Source of the DNA: a virus
Lineage: Duplodnaviria; Caudoviricetes
Strand: one strand, 5' to 3'
DNA length: 40,964 bases
IMG/VR virus record: IMGVR_UViG_3300014208_000015
Location: 1-40,964 of that record
Shown: positions 9,850 to 18,394 of the stretch, piece after piece
Position numbering within the stretch: position 1 is the stretch's first letter
How the letters are laid out: the number at the start of each line of letters is the position of its first letter
The notes under the pieces: generated by a model
Seen by the model: only the letters and a program-made list of their open reading frames with translations
Database searches by the model: none
Told to the model about the DNA's origin: nothing
Made by a program: the position numbers and the translations under genes

Positions 9850-10620
9850 CTACCAAGGACGGCTTTTTTGAAAATCGTCCGCGGTCTTGAATGCTTGTGG
9901 CTTTGCCGGTTCGGCCGGGGTTCCGCTGGTCGTTGCGCCGGCAATCTTTTTTCGATCAGTGTTTGGCTTAGACGGAGCGCCTGCTTCGGTCTGCAGTATT
10001 TTCCAGCCGGCGCGGTAGTTCCAGCGGCCTTTGGAATCGATTAGGTCGTTATCCATGACGATCTTGATCAATTTGTTCGGATCGACCTTAGCCTTTTTTG
10101 GATTAAGGTCTTCGTCCGCTTCAATCGCTTCAAGCTCGGCCTGCATATAATCTGTCGCTTCCTTGACTGCCTTATCCTGCTCCTGCACCTTGGCGGCTAC
10201 GCGTTTTTCCGCTCTTTCCGCCGCCTCATCCACCAGTTTTTTCTGGTCCTGATAGTAGGCTTCCCATTGCTCTTTATCGCCGCCAAACCATGACGGGATT
10301 GCCGGAACATCCTCGCTGGGAGTTTCCTTTTTTCCGGCAATTTCCTTGCGCAGATCCTCGATTTCTTTAGTGTGGCGCCGCTCTTGATCGTTGAATTTAT
10401 CATTCCATTCAGTTTCGCGCTCAGTCCATCGAGGGTGCTTGTGGAAAGGAATGTCTTTATCTTTATCATCCGGATTATTAGGCGTACCCCCATCCGGCGA
10501 CGGGTCGACTTCCTCATCTTTTTCGGTTTCGTCCGATGACGGATCGGCGGGGTTTTCCTTCCCCGGATCAGTTTCGAAGGCTGGATCGCCCTCGCGTTTG
10601 AATCCTGCGTCTATAGTCAT
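9850..10620 (-). CDS. Capsid scaffolding protein
   Basis: Acidic disordered N-terminus, PFHKHPRW motif, coiled coil; lies between portal and capsid genes. Confidence 0.75.
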   Translation of the reverse strand: MTIDAGFKREGDPAFETDPGKENPADPSSDETEKDEEVDPSPDGGTPNNPDDKDKDIPFHKHPRWTERETEWNDKFNDQERRHTKEIEDLRKEIAGKKETPSEDVPAIPSWFGGDKEQWEAYYQDQKKLVDEAAERAEKRVAAKVQEQDKAVKEATDYMQAELEAIEADEDLNPKKAKVDPNKLIKIVMDNDLIDSKGRWNYRAGWKILQTEAGAPSKPNTDRKKIAGATTSGTPAEPAKPQAFKTADDFQKSRPW

Positions 10621-10678
10621 AATGCGATCTGCGTTATTTTTTTGCTGGCCGCGCAGAACGAGACGGCCTTATATATTT

Positions 10679-10687
10679 ATTATAGCA
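10679..10687 (-). promoter_or_regulatory. Extended -10 promoter for the scaffold/capsid operon
   Basis: TGCTATAAT on the - strand. Confidence 0.55.
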
Positions 10688-10708
10688 CTATTTTAAATGT
10701 TCGCACAG

Positions 10709-10849
10709 CTATTTTTTAACCGCCGGCTTTAACGGCCGTTTTTTTTCCGGTAGCGCTTTCATGTTGATGGTCTTGGCGGCAAACTCTTTGGCCAGTTTGG
10801 GGTGTTTGGCAAACATCATTCTGACTTGGCTCTTTGATTTGAATGGCAT
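10709..10849 (-). CDS. Small basic protein (46 aa)
   Basis: MPFKSKSQVRMMFAKHPKLAKEFAAKTINMKALPEKKRPLKPAVKK; starts 2 nt after the upstream stop. Confidence 0.65.
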   Translation of the reverse strand: MPFKSKSQVRMMFAKHPKLAKEFAAKTINMKALPEKKRPLKPAVKK

Positions 10850-10851
10850 AT

Positions 10852-11118
10852 TTATTCTTTATCTTCGCCTTCACAGCCGAGTTCGCGAATCTCAAATTCA
10901 GCATTGTTATCAAATCGGCTGATTGATATTCCAACCATTTTTAATTTCAGATTCAGTTCGTACTCTTTGCCGATATCCCATTTTTTGGCTTCCGGCAGAT
11001 GTTCTAGGTCGATCCTGAGGCGCGGGTATATCGGTTCGGCTTTTTTCTTGGTCATTATTCCCGGACCGGAAGAAAGCATCATCTCATCTTGTTTTGGCTT
11101 AATTTTACGCATTTGCAT
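10852..11118 (-). CDS. Hypothetical protein
   Basis: 88 aa ORF co-oriented with the operon. Confidence 0.65.
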   Translation of the reverse strand: MQMRKIKPKQDEMMLSSGPGIMTKKKAEPIYPRLRIDLEHLPEAKKWDIGKEYELNLKLKMVGISISRFDNNAEFEIRELGCEGEDKE

Positions 11119-11149
11119 AGTTTTGATAATTATTGCCTAGTTTATAAAA

Positions 11150-13090
11150 TTATTGCCCAGTTTCCGGCCTAGCCGGTTTATTGGCTGCTGCTTCTGCCGC
11201 GGCTTGCTTGGTGGCCTCCTGCTCCTTTTCTTTGTTAAATTCATCGTGCGCCGCAATCGCCTCGGCATGAAGCTGAATACCGGCCTGAGCCGCCAGTTGC
11301 GCCTGGCCCTCGGGCGGCAGGTCTTTGTAGTTGATCGAGGCGGACGGCGGCTTACCCGCAGCAGCCGAGCGTTGCGACATCACCTGCGCGATACGCTGAT
11401 CATTGCTGTATAGCATTTCCGGCGCGTTTATCTCCAGCCAGGCATTGGCAGCCATCTCTTCCGGGTTCGGATAATCCAGCCGCTTGTACATATCAAGCAA
11501 GGACATCTTGTTGGCGCTCGCCAGGTCAATCGCCTGATTGGCGATGGTGGTAGAATCTTTAGGCAGTAGCGACCCTTCCTTGACATCGACGCGCACCCGT
11601 GGTAGCGGTTTGCCGACATAACGCTCATCGTAGACGAATAGCAATTGCACGAACCAGTTATAGACATCATCGGCAAATTGCTCGAGGTACTCGCTAAATC
11701 CACCGCCGATCCGATCGGTATCAAGTCCTTGTATCTGATATTTTCCGCGCACCGTTTTCTCTTTTTGTAGTGATGCCGGGATGAAGCCGGAGGTGCCGAA
11801 TATATCGCGCACTCTATTGCGCGAGTCCTGCAGCTGATTGTAAATAGTGATCGGTAGCTCGGGCGCACTCATGCGCTGTATCGCCTCATTTACCGAGCCG
11901 GTCGGGATGGCGATCGTGCCGCCTTTGCGCAGCGCCTCGGTTACGCCCGAAGCCTGAGACAATGACATGCCGGAACGCTCCAAGCTTACCACCATGCCGC
12001 CGTTCATCGAATCGGCATTTTTGTCGATCTGCTTGTTGCGCTTGTTGATCAGGTCTTGGCCTGGTAAATTCTGACCGATCAGCGAGACATCGTCCATCGG
12101 CGCCTTGCCGAGATTAAATACCGAGAGCAGGATGAACGGCTTTTTGGGCGAGTAAAAATGATTGATGCCGGCTATGGTCTGCATCTGCGGTTCAGCTGGC
12201 GTGCCGTCCGGATTCAATGGCTGCTCGCCTGGCACCGCCTCTTCTTTGTCATAGTTCCAATGCGGATTTTTGGTTTTGAATAGCACCTTATCGCCCAAAG
12301 TCCAGCAGAGATACTGGTCAGTCCACCACTCTTTGTACTGAATCTCGGTGCCTAGGTCGCTGTTGACTTTTGAGGTAATCGCCTCGACTGCACCCTCTTC
12401 GGCATCAAGGTCTTTCAAGGTCGCAATCAGTTTGCCGGCTTGCATCTTGCGATATTCGCCGATGTACTCGCCGCTGTAGCCATCTTCATCGGTAACTGCG
12501 GTTGGATCCAAAATCAGCTTTTTGCCGCGGATGATCTTGATTGTCGGGATATCCCTGTCCAAATCCCAGCCGACCTTACCTACGCCTAACAGATAAATCG
12601 CCCAATGGCGAGCGGCTTTTTTCAGTTTTAGGCGTAGTCTAATTTCGCTCGCAATCTCACCAAGTTCTTTTTGCAGGTCTTTGGTGAATGCCTGCGTTTC
12701 TTCGTTATCGTCTTGGCCTTTGGCCGGGGTTACCATCGGATCTGGATTGCGCCGCGTCACTTGCGGCAGGTAGGTTTCGAGCGATTCGAATATCACATTA
12801 TCAACCAGCGGTCTTATTTTGCCCGAGACCGGCGTGTCAAACTGCTCGCCTTTCCAGTATTTTTCGTTCTCGTCGCCCTTTTTCAGCCATTCCTGGTAGA
12901 TATTTGAGTCTATCCATTTTTTTTCCCAAGCGATTGTCAATTTCAAAAGCTCCTCATTCGGCATGTTGAGTTTCAGCTCGGGAAACTTATCGGACACTAT
13001 TCCCTCAGTGTTGTCCGTATCGCGATCGCCTTTGGCTTTGTTGATGCCGGCCGCCAGGGAATTGAATGCCTCCACGATGATGTTGGCCAT
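11150..13090 (-). CDS. Portal protein (P22-like)
   Basis: 646 aa, directly after the terminase gene; YWKGEQF..RPLVDNVIF, QDLINKR; Q/A-rich C-terminal barrel. Confidence 0.85.
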   Translation of the reverse strand: MANIIVEAFNSLAAGINKAKGDRDTDNTEGIVSDKFPELKLNMPNEELLKLTIAWEKKWIDSNIYQEWLKKGDENEKYWKGEQFDTPVSGKIRPLVDNVIFESLETYLPQVTRRNPDPMVTPAKGQDDNEETQAFTKDLQKELGEIASEIRLRLKLKKAARHWAIYLLGVGKVGWDLDRDIPTIKIIRGKKLILDPTAVTDEDGYSGEYIGEYRKMQAGKLIATLKDLDAEEGAVEAITSKVNSDLGTEIQYKEWWTDQYLCWTLGDKVLFKTKNPHWNYDKEEAVPGEQPLNPDGTPAEPQMQTIAGINHFYSPKKPFILLSVFNLGKAPMDDVSLIGQNLPGQDLINKRNKQIDKNADSMNGGMVVSLERSGMSLSQASGVTEALRKGGTIAIPTGSVNEAIQRMSAPELPITIYNQLQDSRNRVRDIFGTSGFIPASLQKEKTVRGKYQIQGLDTDRIGGGFSEYLEQFADDVYNWFVQLLFVYDERYVGKPLPRVRVDVKEGSLLPKDSTTIANQAIDLASANKMSLLDMYKRLDYPNPEEMAANAWLEINAPEMLYSNDQRIAQVMSQRSAAAGKPPSASINYKDLPPEGQAQLAAQAGIQLHAEAIAAHDEFNKEKEQEATKQAAAEAAANKPARPETGQ

Positions 13091-13100
13091 AGTTGTTTTT

Positions 13101-13109
13101 ATTATAACA
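13101..13109 (-). promoter_or_regulatory. Extended -10 promoter for the portal gene
   Basis: TGTTATAAT, 10 nt before the ATG. Confidence 0.5.
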
Positions 13110-13131
13110 CTTATTTCACTATCGCAAAAGA

Positions 13132-14844
13132 TTAATTACCGCGCCAGTCAAATTCTTCCTCACCCCACCACTCTTCATCCTTCTTTTTGTTGAACAGATC
13201 CTCCGGGTTATAGGTGACGGTCATGTCAGGATTGAGCATATAGCTATTGGCCTCCGGCTTCATGTCGGCTCCCACGATCGCGCCGATGGCGCCGAAGCGA
13301 CTGATGCCTACCCGCCAATAAACGGTGGCGTGAACGTAATCATCCCGGTCGCTCCGTAGCCAGTTATGGCGAGTTATCCCCAGCTTATCTACCTCCGCCT
13401 GCCGGTAGATATGCGACCAATGCAGCCAGTAATCATACCAGGCATTTTCATCGCCGTTATAGAGCCGGAAGCGTTTTTCTTTCATCTCATCAAGCGTCAG
13501 CTGGATCATCCGGTTGCGGTCTACCAGCACATTGCCGAATTCGTCTTTTTTGCCCCAGCGGATCAGTTGCATGGTTTTTCTGTCAGCAGCGTAGTGGCAC
13601 AAAAACACCCGGCCGGGATACTTGGCGCGCAGCTTGCGTGGACCGATGATATCACCGCCTTGATCCACCACCATGATGCAGTTGGGGAATTTCTTTAAAA
13701 AATACTCAATTGATTGCTCGAGCGTGATGCCTAGCTTGTCGTCCGGCTCCCAGGCTCCCATCTCGCCATAGCCGAGCAATCCCTGCTTGTTGCCGATCAC
13801 GTAGCGCAGTTTGACGCCGGAATCCACGCCGACCACCATCCGGCCTTGATAGAGATTCTTGTCGGTGGTGATGGCGCCGAATATCACGTCCTGCGTTACG
13901 CTATTGCCGCTGCCGGCATAAGCTAGACCCAGCACCTTGTTGTAAAAATAATCCATGGTCTGCTTGCCGGTCAGCACTTCGTTGTATTTATCTATGATCT
14001 CGCTGGCACTCATCCACGGCGCCATCAGCAGGCTTATGTGATATCCGCTGTATTTCGCGCCGGTACGGCCTTTCCTGGGCATCCAGCGGCCTTTAGCACG
14101 AGCGTGCCAGTCCAGTATGCCGTGGCAACTTTTGCAGATAAACTCTTTATTCTCGATATCGACTGACATTTTGCGCGGATCCTCGGTATTCCAGCTTAAA
14201 AATTGCTGCTTGCCACAATGCGGGCAGGTTATAACCCATTCCTTTTGGTCCGATTGCTGCCATTCGATGTCTACGCCCTTGCCCGGTACGCTCGGGTGGC
14301 TGAAGACATGGGTCTGCTTGAATTTCGAATGTTGCAGCCGCGCTTGATAGTCGGCGATGACGTCCTGTTTGCTCGAGTCCTTTTCGTCATGCACCAGCCG
14401 GTCGGCGGTTACCATGATGGCGGCTTTTTTGCTCCAGGTACCGCGGAAGTATAACATCGATTGGCCGATCTGCTTCTGTTCGATCGCGTCCTTGTCGGCC
14501 GTTAGCTTTGACAGGTGCGGGTTGTTCTGGATGATACGGTTGACTTTGCCGCCAACAAAAATGCCGACATCGGAATCAGTCGGCAGGGTATAGATTATGT
14601 CCATGCGCTGCAGCTCTGCATCGCGGAAGTTTTTTAATATCTCGGTGGTCGACATTCCGATCTGCGCCGCTTTAATGACCACCAGATTATCCGATTGGTC
14701 ATCGTAAATATCGAGCAGGAATTGATGCTTTTCAAAGCTGATCGGCTCACCCTTTTCATTGACTATTTTGTGCAGCTCCACCCAAGCGCTGGCGTCATAG
14801 GTTGCCAGCAGTTGACGCCCCTCTAAAATCGCTTGATTGTCCAT
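13132..14844 (-). CDS. terL: Terminase large subunit (GpA-like)
   Basis: Walker A KAAQIGMST, Walker B LVHDE, CPHC..CKSC zinc finger, nuclease motif VVGVDSG. Confidence 0.9.
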   Translation of the reverse strand: MDNQAILEGRQLLATYDASAWVELHKIVNEKGEPISFEKHQFLLDIYDDQSDNLVVIKAAQIGMSTTEILKNFRDAELQRMDIIYTLPTDSDVGIFVGGKVNRIIQNNPHLSKLTADKDAIEQKQIGQSMLYFRGTWSKKAAIMVTADRLVHDEKDSSKQDVIADYQARLQHSKFKQTHVFSHPSVPGKGVDIEWQQSDQKEWVITCPHCGKQQFLSWNTEDPRKMSVDIENKEFICKSCHGILDWHARAKGRWMPRKGRTGAKYSGYHISLLMAPWMSASEIIDKYNEVLTGKQTMDYFYNKVLGLAYAGSGNSVTQDVIFGAITTDKNLYQGRMVVGVDSGVKLRYVIGNKQGLLGYGEMGAWEPDDKLGITLEQSIEYFLKKFPNCIMVVDQGGDIIGPRKLRAKYPGRVFLCHYAADRKTMQLIRWGKKDEFGNVLVDRNRMIQLTLDEMKEKRFRLYNGDENAWYDYWLHWSHIYRQAEVDKLGITRHNWLRSDRDDYVHATVYWRVGISRFGAIGAIVGADMKPEANSYMLNPDMTVTYNPEDLFNKKKDEEWWGEEEFDWRGN

Positions 14845-14974
14845 TGGCTCTTGTTATTTTAATCTCGCCAGTTTTAAACAGTTCCCTGCGCTCACCGCAA
14901 TTAGCGCACATCACCATGATGCCATTGCTAAGTTCTTCCATCTTAAAAAAATTGTGATCGCACCATGCTCTCAT
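14795..14974 (-). CDS. Small zinc-ribbon protein
   Basis: CDH...CANC motif; ATGA overlap with the upstream stop. Confidence 0.5.
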   Translation of the reverse strand: MRAWCDHNFFKMEELSNGIMVMCANCGERRELFKTGEIKITRANGQSSDFRGASTAGNL

Positions 14975-15429
14975 TTTTTTGGCCTCGCACCGCATTTGAT
15001 GTCTACGCCCGAGTATTTAGTGATTAATATCCGCGCGTCGATCGCGCTGATTGCCCGGCCATATAGCGGCCCGGACAAAATATTTGAAAGGAAAAATAGC
15101 ATGCGATATCGAGCGTTGCGGTCATTCATGCCCTTGTCGTTGTCGCACAAAAACCGATACTGCATCCCGTAGGCTTTGGCCTCTTGGTCGATCCTGAATT
15201 CCGGCTCACGCAGATACCTGCCCCACCATAAATCTGGCCCGCCCGCCTGCTCCTGTTGCTGCATATGTATCGTTTCGTGCGCCATTATTTCCGGCCGGAT
15301 ATATAGCCCTTCCGGGTTGTAAATCGTATCGCCGTAGGTGTAGATCGTACCCTTCGGCAGCACGCCGAAGGCATTGACTATGTTTTCAAACACCGGCGGG
15401 TTGGCCGCCACGATTTTGACTTCATCCAT
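14971..15429 (-). CDS. HExxH metallopeptidase-like protein
   Basis: AHETIHMQQ..E.KAY zincin motif. Confidence 0.65.
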   Translation of the reverse strand: MDEVKIVAANPPVFENIVNAFGVLPKGTIYTYGDTIYNPEGLYIRPEIMAHETIHMQQQEQAGGPDLWWGRYLREPEFRIDQEAKAYGMQYRFLCDNDKGMNDRNARYRMLFFLSNILSGPLYGRAISAIDARILITKYSGVDIKCGARPKK

Positions 15430-15433
15430 AAAA

Positions 15434-15883
15434 TTATAAATTATCGCTTTTCTGCTCGATGCGCTTGCGCCGCGCCTCGCGCAATTTTGTAAAAATAGTT
15501 TTTTCTTCTTCGCTCAGTTCTTCCGGTATGCCAGCTACGCCCACCACGCCGCTATGCTCTACTTTGCTTGCCGGCATAAATTCATGGTCTTTCTTCTCGA
15601 TCCAGCGCCAGGCATCAGGCGCATTGCCCAGCGCCGCGATGATCGTGCGCCTAGCTTTCATGTTCGGCGTCAATTTTAACGCTTTCTTTTTCTCCAAAAA
15701 TTCTGGATTTTTTAACTGGTAATTATAAAGCGTTGCCGGGGCGATACCCGCATAGAGGCAGGCTTCAGCATCCGGGAATGCATTTGAGAAGGCATCTTCA
15801 AGTTTTTGGAGCACAATGGCGTCGATTTTTTCCGGTCGTCCGGAATGCTCATAACGCTTTTGGTGATTGGTTTTTCTGCCCAT
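15434..15883 (-). CDS. terS: Terminase small subunit (HTH)
   Basis: GRP.K, EACLYAGIAPATLYNY HTH and KVEHSG. The real start is likely MGRKTN at 15883; the longer ORF overlaps a tRNA. Confidence 0.75.
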   Translation of the reverse strand: MGRKTNHQKRYEHSGRPEKIDAIVLQKLEDAFSNAFPDAEACLYAGIAPATLYNYQLKNPEFLEKKKALKLTPNMKARRTIIAALGNAPDAWRWIEKKDHEFMPASKVEHSGVVGVAGIPEELSEEEKTIFTKLREARRKRIEQKSDNL

Positions 15884-15887
15884 ATTA

Positions 15888-15958
15888 TTGCTCGGCCAGG
15901 AGTCGAACCTGGATCTCGCGGTTATGAGCCGCGCGTGATGCCATTTCACCACCCAGCT
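15888..15958 (-). tRNA. tRNA with CAT anticodon (Met/fMet/Ile2), imperfect acceptor stem, no encoded CCA
   Basis: AGCTGGG TG GTGA AATGGCA TCAC G CGCGG CT-CAT-AA CCGCG AGAT CCAGG TTCGACT CCTGG CCGAGCA A. Confidence 0.8.
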
Positions 15959-15961
15959 ATA

Positions 15962-17245
15962 TTACCACTCTATTTCCTTGCCGTTTTTCTTAATCTTATT
16001 GTTTTCCGTAAATTCGCAATAGCGCTGCACGATCACATCCACGTACTTCGGGTCCAGCTCCATGCCTACCGCCATGCGCTTCGCCTTTTCGCACGCGATG
16101 ATTGTGCTGCCGCTACCCATGAATGGATCAAGCACGATATCTCCCTCCTTGCTGCTGTTAGCCAGCGCATAGATTATCAATTCAACCGGCTTTTGAGTGG
16201 GGTGGACATAATCAATCACCGATTCCCGCTTCATGGTCCAGACCGTCATCTTGCCCTCGCGTTCCGCCTGCCGCATCTTCTTCGCCCAGGCCAGGAGTTC
16301 TTGGTCTGATTTCGTGAAGTCCACTACTGTCGCGTGCGTCCGGTTGCCGTAAAAATTAGTCTTTGAGCCCTTAATGCCGGCGTAATAGAATGGTTCGTGT
16401 TTCCAGCGATAGTCCCCCCAGCCGAGCGCCGCCATCGGCTTATTCCAGATCAGCTGGTTACGTATCTCAAATTCTGACGCTCTCATTGCCACTTCAAACT
16501 GCGCCTGGGTGGAGGTCGAATGGAAGACATAGGCACCGCCCCCCCCCTTGATCGCCGAGCGCATCTGTTTGAATGTAAATTGCAAAAATTCAGAGAATGC
16601 TGCCTCGCTCATGTTATCATTCGCTATCCCCTGCTTGGTATTTTTGCCTTGCCCTTTGTAATTGACGTTATATGGCGGATCGGTGAAAATCATATCCGCC
16701 TTGGTAGTACCGAGCAGTTTCGCGTAACTATCTTCCAGCGTGGCATCGCCGCATAATAGCTTATGGTCGCCCAATTCATAAAAATCGCCGATGATGCTCC
16801 GTGGCTTAGCCGGTAATGCCGGCACCAGGTCATCCTTGTCCTCCAGCTCGAGCGCCAGGTCGCAGCTAAAGCCGGTCAGATCGATCATTGGCAATGACAG
16901 GTCTTTCAGCTCGGCGATTACGCTTTGCATATCCCAATCGCTTTCATTGAGCTTGTTGTCAGCCAGACGATAGGCTCGCGCCTGTTCATCCGTCAGATTC
17001 AGCGTCAAAACCGGCACGGTTTTCAGATCAAGATACTTGGCTGCTTGATAGCGGCCGTGGCCGACGATTATCGTGCCTTCCTTGTCAGCCACGATCGGCT
17101 GGCTGAAGCCGAACTCTCTGATAGAGTTCGCGATCTGGATGATTTGTTTTTTCGAATGCTCCTTGGCATTGCGTTCGTACGGCCTCAGCGCGTCCAATAT
17201 TTTTTGTTCTATCTGCATATCATTTATCCCATTCCGGCACATCAA
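15962..17245 (-). CDS. ParB-like N-terminal domain fused to an N6/N4 DNA methyltransferase
   Basis: YERNAKEH..GFSQPI..GHGR ParB/Srx domain; FTDPPY, HPTQKP and DPFMGSGST motifs. Confidence 0.92.
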   Translation of the reverse strand: MMCRNGINDMQIEQKILDALRPYERNAKEHSKKQIIQIANSIREFGFSQPIVADKEGTIIVGHGRYQAAKYLDLKTVPVLTLNLTDEQARAYRLADNKLNESDWDMQSVIAELKDLSLPMIDLTGFSCDLALELEDKDDLVPALPAKPRSIIGDFYELGDHKLLCGDATLEDSYAKLLGTTKADMIFTDPPYNVNYKGQGKNTKQGIANDNMSEAAFSEFLQFTFKQMRSAIKGGGGAYVFHSTSTQAQFEVAMRASEFEIRNQLIWNKPMAALGWGDYRWKHEPFYYAGIKGSKTNFYGNRTHATVVDFTKSDQELLAWAKKMRQAEREGKMTVWTMKRESVIDYVHPTQKPVELIIYALANSSKEGDIVLDPFMGSGSTIIACEKAKRMAVGMELDPKYVDVIVQRYCEFTENNKIKKNGKEIEW

Positions 17246-17600
17246 ATTCCAGCCGCTTTTCTGCCTCGCCGACCTTGAATATGATCTCCTGCTTGCCCGG
17301 CTTCCGGATGTAGTAGGTCACCGGGTAATAATAACATGGCCGGTGGTCCGAACCGACGCTCTTCGGCTTGCCCCACCAGGCGCCGGTACCGTGGTATAGA
17401 TGATTCTGGCTTTCGTCCCCTGGCACGGTTATTGATAATTCCAGCTCATTCAAATAGCTTACCTTCTCGTTCTCGGTCTGCTTTATTACCGCGCCAATCA
17501 GGATAAAATTCCGCTCATCCCTCGGCTCCTGCCTGGCGAACAGCTCCCGCCCTAGGCCCTTGCCTGAGATCGGGTTGATGATTTCGATTTCGATGGTCAT
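17220..17600 (-). CDS. Hypothetical protein
   Basis: 126 aa, overlaps both neighbours. Confidence 0.55.
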   Translation of the reverse strand: MTIEIEIINPISGKGLGRELFARQEPRDERNFILIGAVIKQTENEKVSYLNELELSITVPGDESQNHLYHGTGAWWGKPKSVGSDHRPCYYYPVTYYIRKPGKQEIIFKVGEAEKRLEFDVPEWDK

Positions 17601-17959
17601 ATGTTTACTATGTTACGTTTCCAAAAAAATTTATTCGCAGGATGGTCCGGATCATTCAGGATGAATTTGAACTTATACTCGCTGATGGCGAACTTGCAGT
17701 CCGGATCGCTGCAGCGCTTCAATTTATCGTCATTCAACGGTTTTTCGCAGATCGGGCAATTATTGTCATGCAGATTCTGCCATTTCATCCTGACTACCTC
17801 GACCGGCTCGCCCGAACGATTCGCCTTTATCGATTCAAAGCGCGGGCGGCTGATGACAAAACGGCACTTAGTGCAGACTATTTCATCCTCTCCGTCGTGC
17901 TGGGTCAGAGCCGCGCTGCAGTGAGGACATTTGAATTCAGCAAGATTTTTCCAGATCAC
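17597..17959 (-). CDS. Duplicated zinc-ribbon protein
   Basis: Two M.W.NL...CP.C...C..C.F.IS repeats. Confidence 0.65.
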   Translation of the reverse strand: MIWKNLAEFKCPHCSAALTQHDGEDEIVCTKCRFVISRPRFESIKANRSGEPVEVVRMKWQNLHDNNCPICEKPLNDDKLKRCSDPDCKFAISEYKFKFILNDPDHPANKFFWKRNIVNI

Positions 17960-18314
17960 GTTTTTTGTTTAATATTTTTTCAATCGTTGTTTTTGCCTCT
18001 TCGAATCCGTGGCAGACCGCGGCCGTGACTGAAGGCAGCTTATTTAATTCCGTGATCCAGTCGCGCTGCGCCTCGCTGATCGTGCCGCCCTTGCATCGTT
18101 TCATCTCGATGAAGACCAGTCGTCCGGGCAGTATAATCATCATATCCGGCACGCCCAGACGGACCCCGCTTTTCTGATTTTTAATTTTCGTGCCCCAGTT
18201 GCGAGTGAAGGTATCCTGCGCCAGTTTTGAAAACTTAAAATGCATCAGCTCCAGCCATTCGACTAAGAGACATTGCTCTTGATATTCCGTCAGATTGATT
18301 TTTGGTATTGCCAT
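17937..18314 (-). CDS. VRR-NUC family nuclease
   Basis: E..EQ, GVRLGVPDM, FIEMKR..G.IS.AQ..W motifs. Confidence 0.85.
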   Translation of the reverse strand: MAIPKINLTEYQEQCLLVEWLELMHFKFSKLAQDTFTRNWGTKIKNQKSGVRLGVPDMMIILPGRLVFIEMKRCKGGTISEAQRDWITELNKLPSVTAAVCHGFEEAKTTIEKILNKKRDLEKSC

Positions 18315-18315
18315 A

Positions 18316-18386
18316 TACCGGCGACGGGAATCGAACCCGCATTTTCCGAGGATAAGTCGGATGGTCTGCCATTAGCCTACGCCGGA
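18316..18386 (-). tRNA. tRNA-like gene with TAT (UAU) anticodon, atypical
   Basis: TCCGGCG TA GGCT AATGGCA GACC A TCCGA CT-TAT-CC TCGGA AAAT GCGGG TTCGATT CCCGT CGCCGGT A. Confidence 0.7.
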
Positions 18387-18394
18387 TTTTGATT

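Noticed and set aside
10716-10934. 72 aa ORF from the track
   Set aside because: It overlaps 10852..11118; the 46 aa MPFKSK ORF at 10709..10849 fits the gap better.
15884-15952. N-terminal extension of the terminase small subunit
   Set aside because: This is the tRNA sequence read as protein; the ATG at 15883 is the better start.
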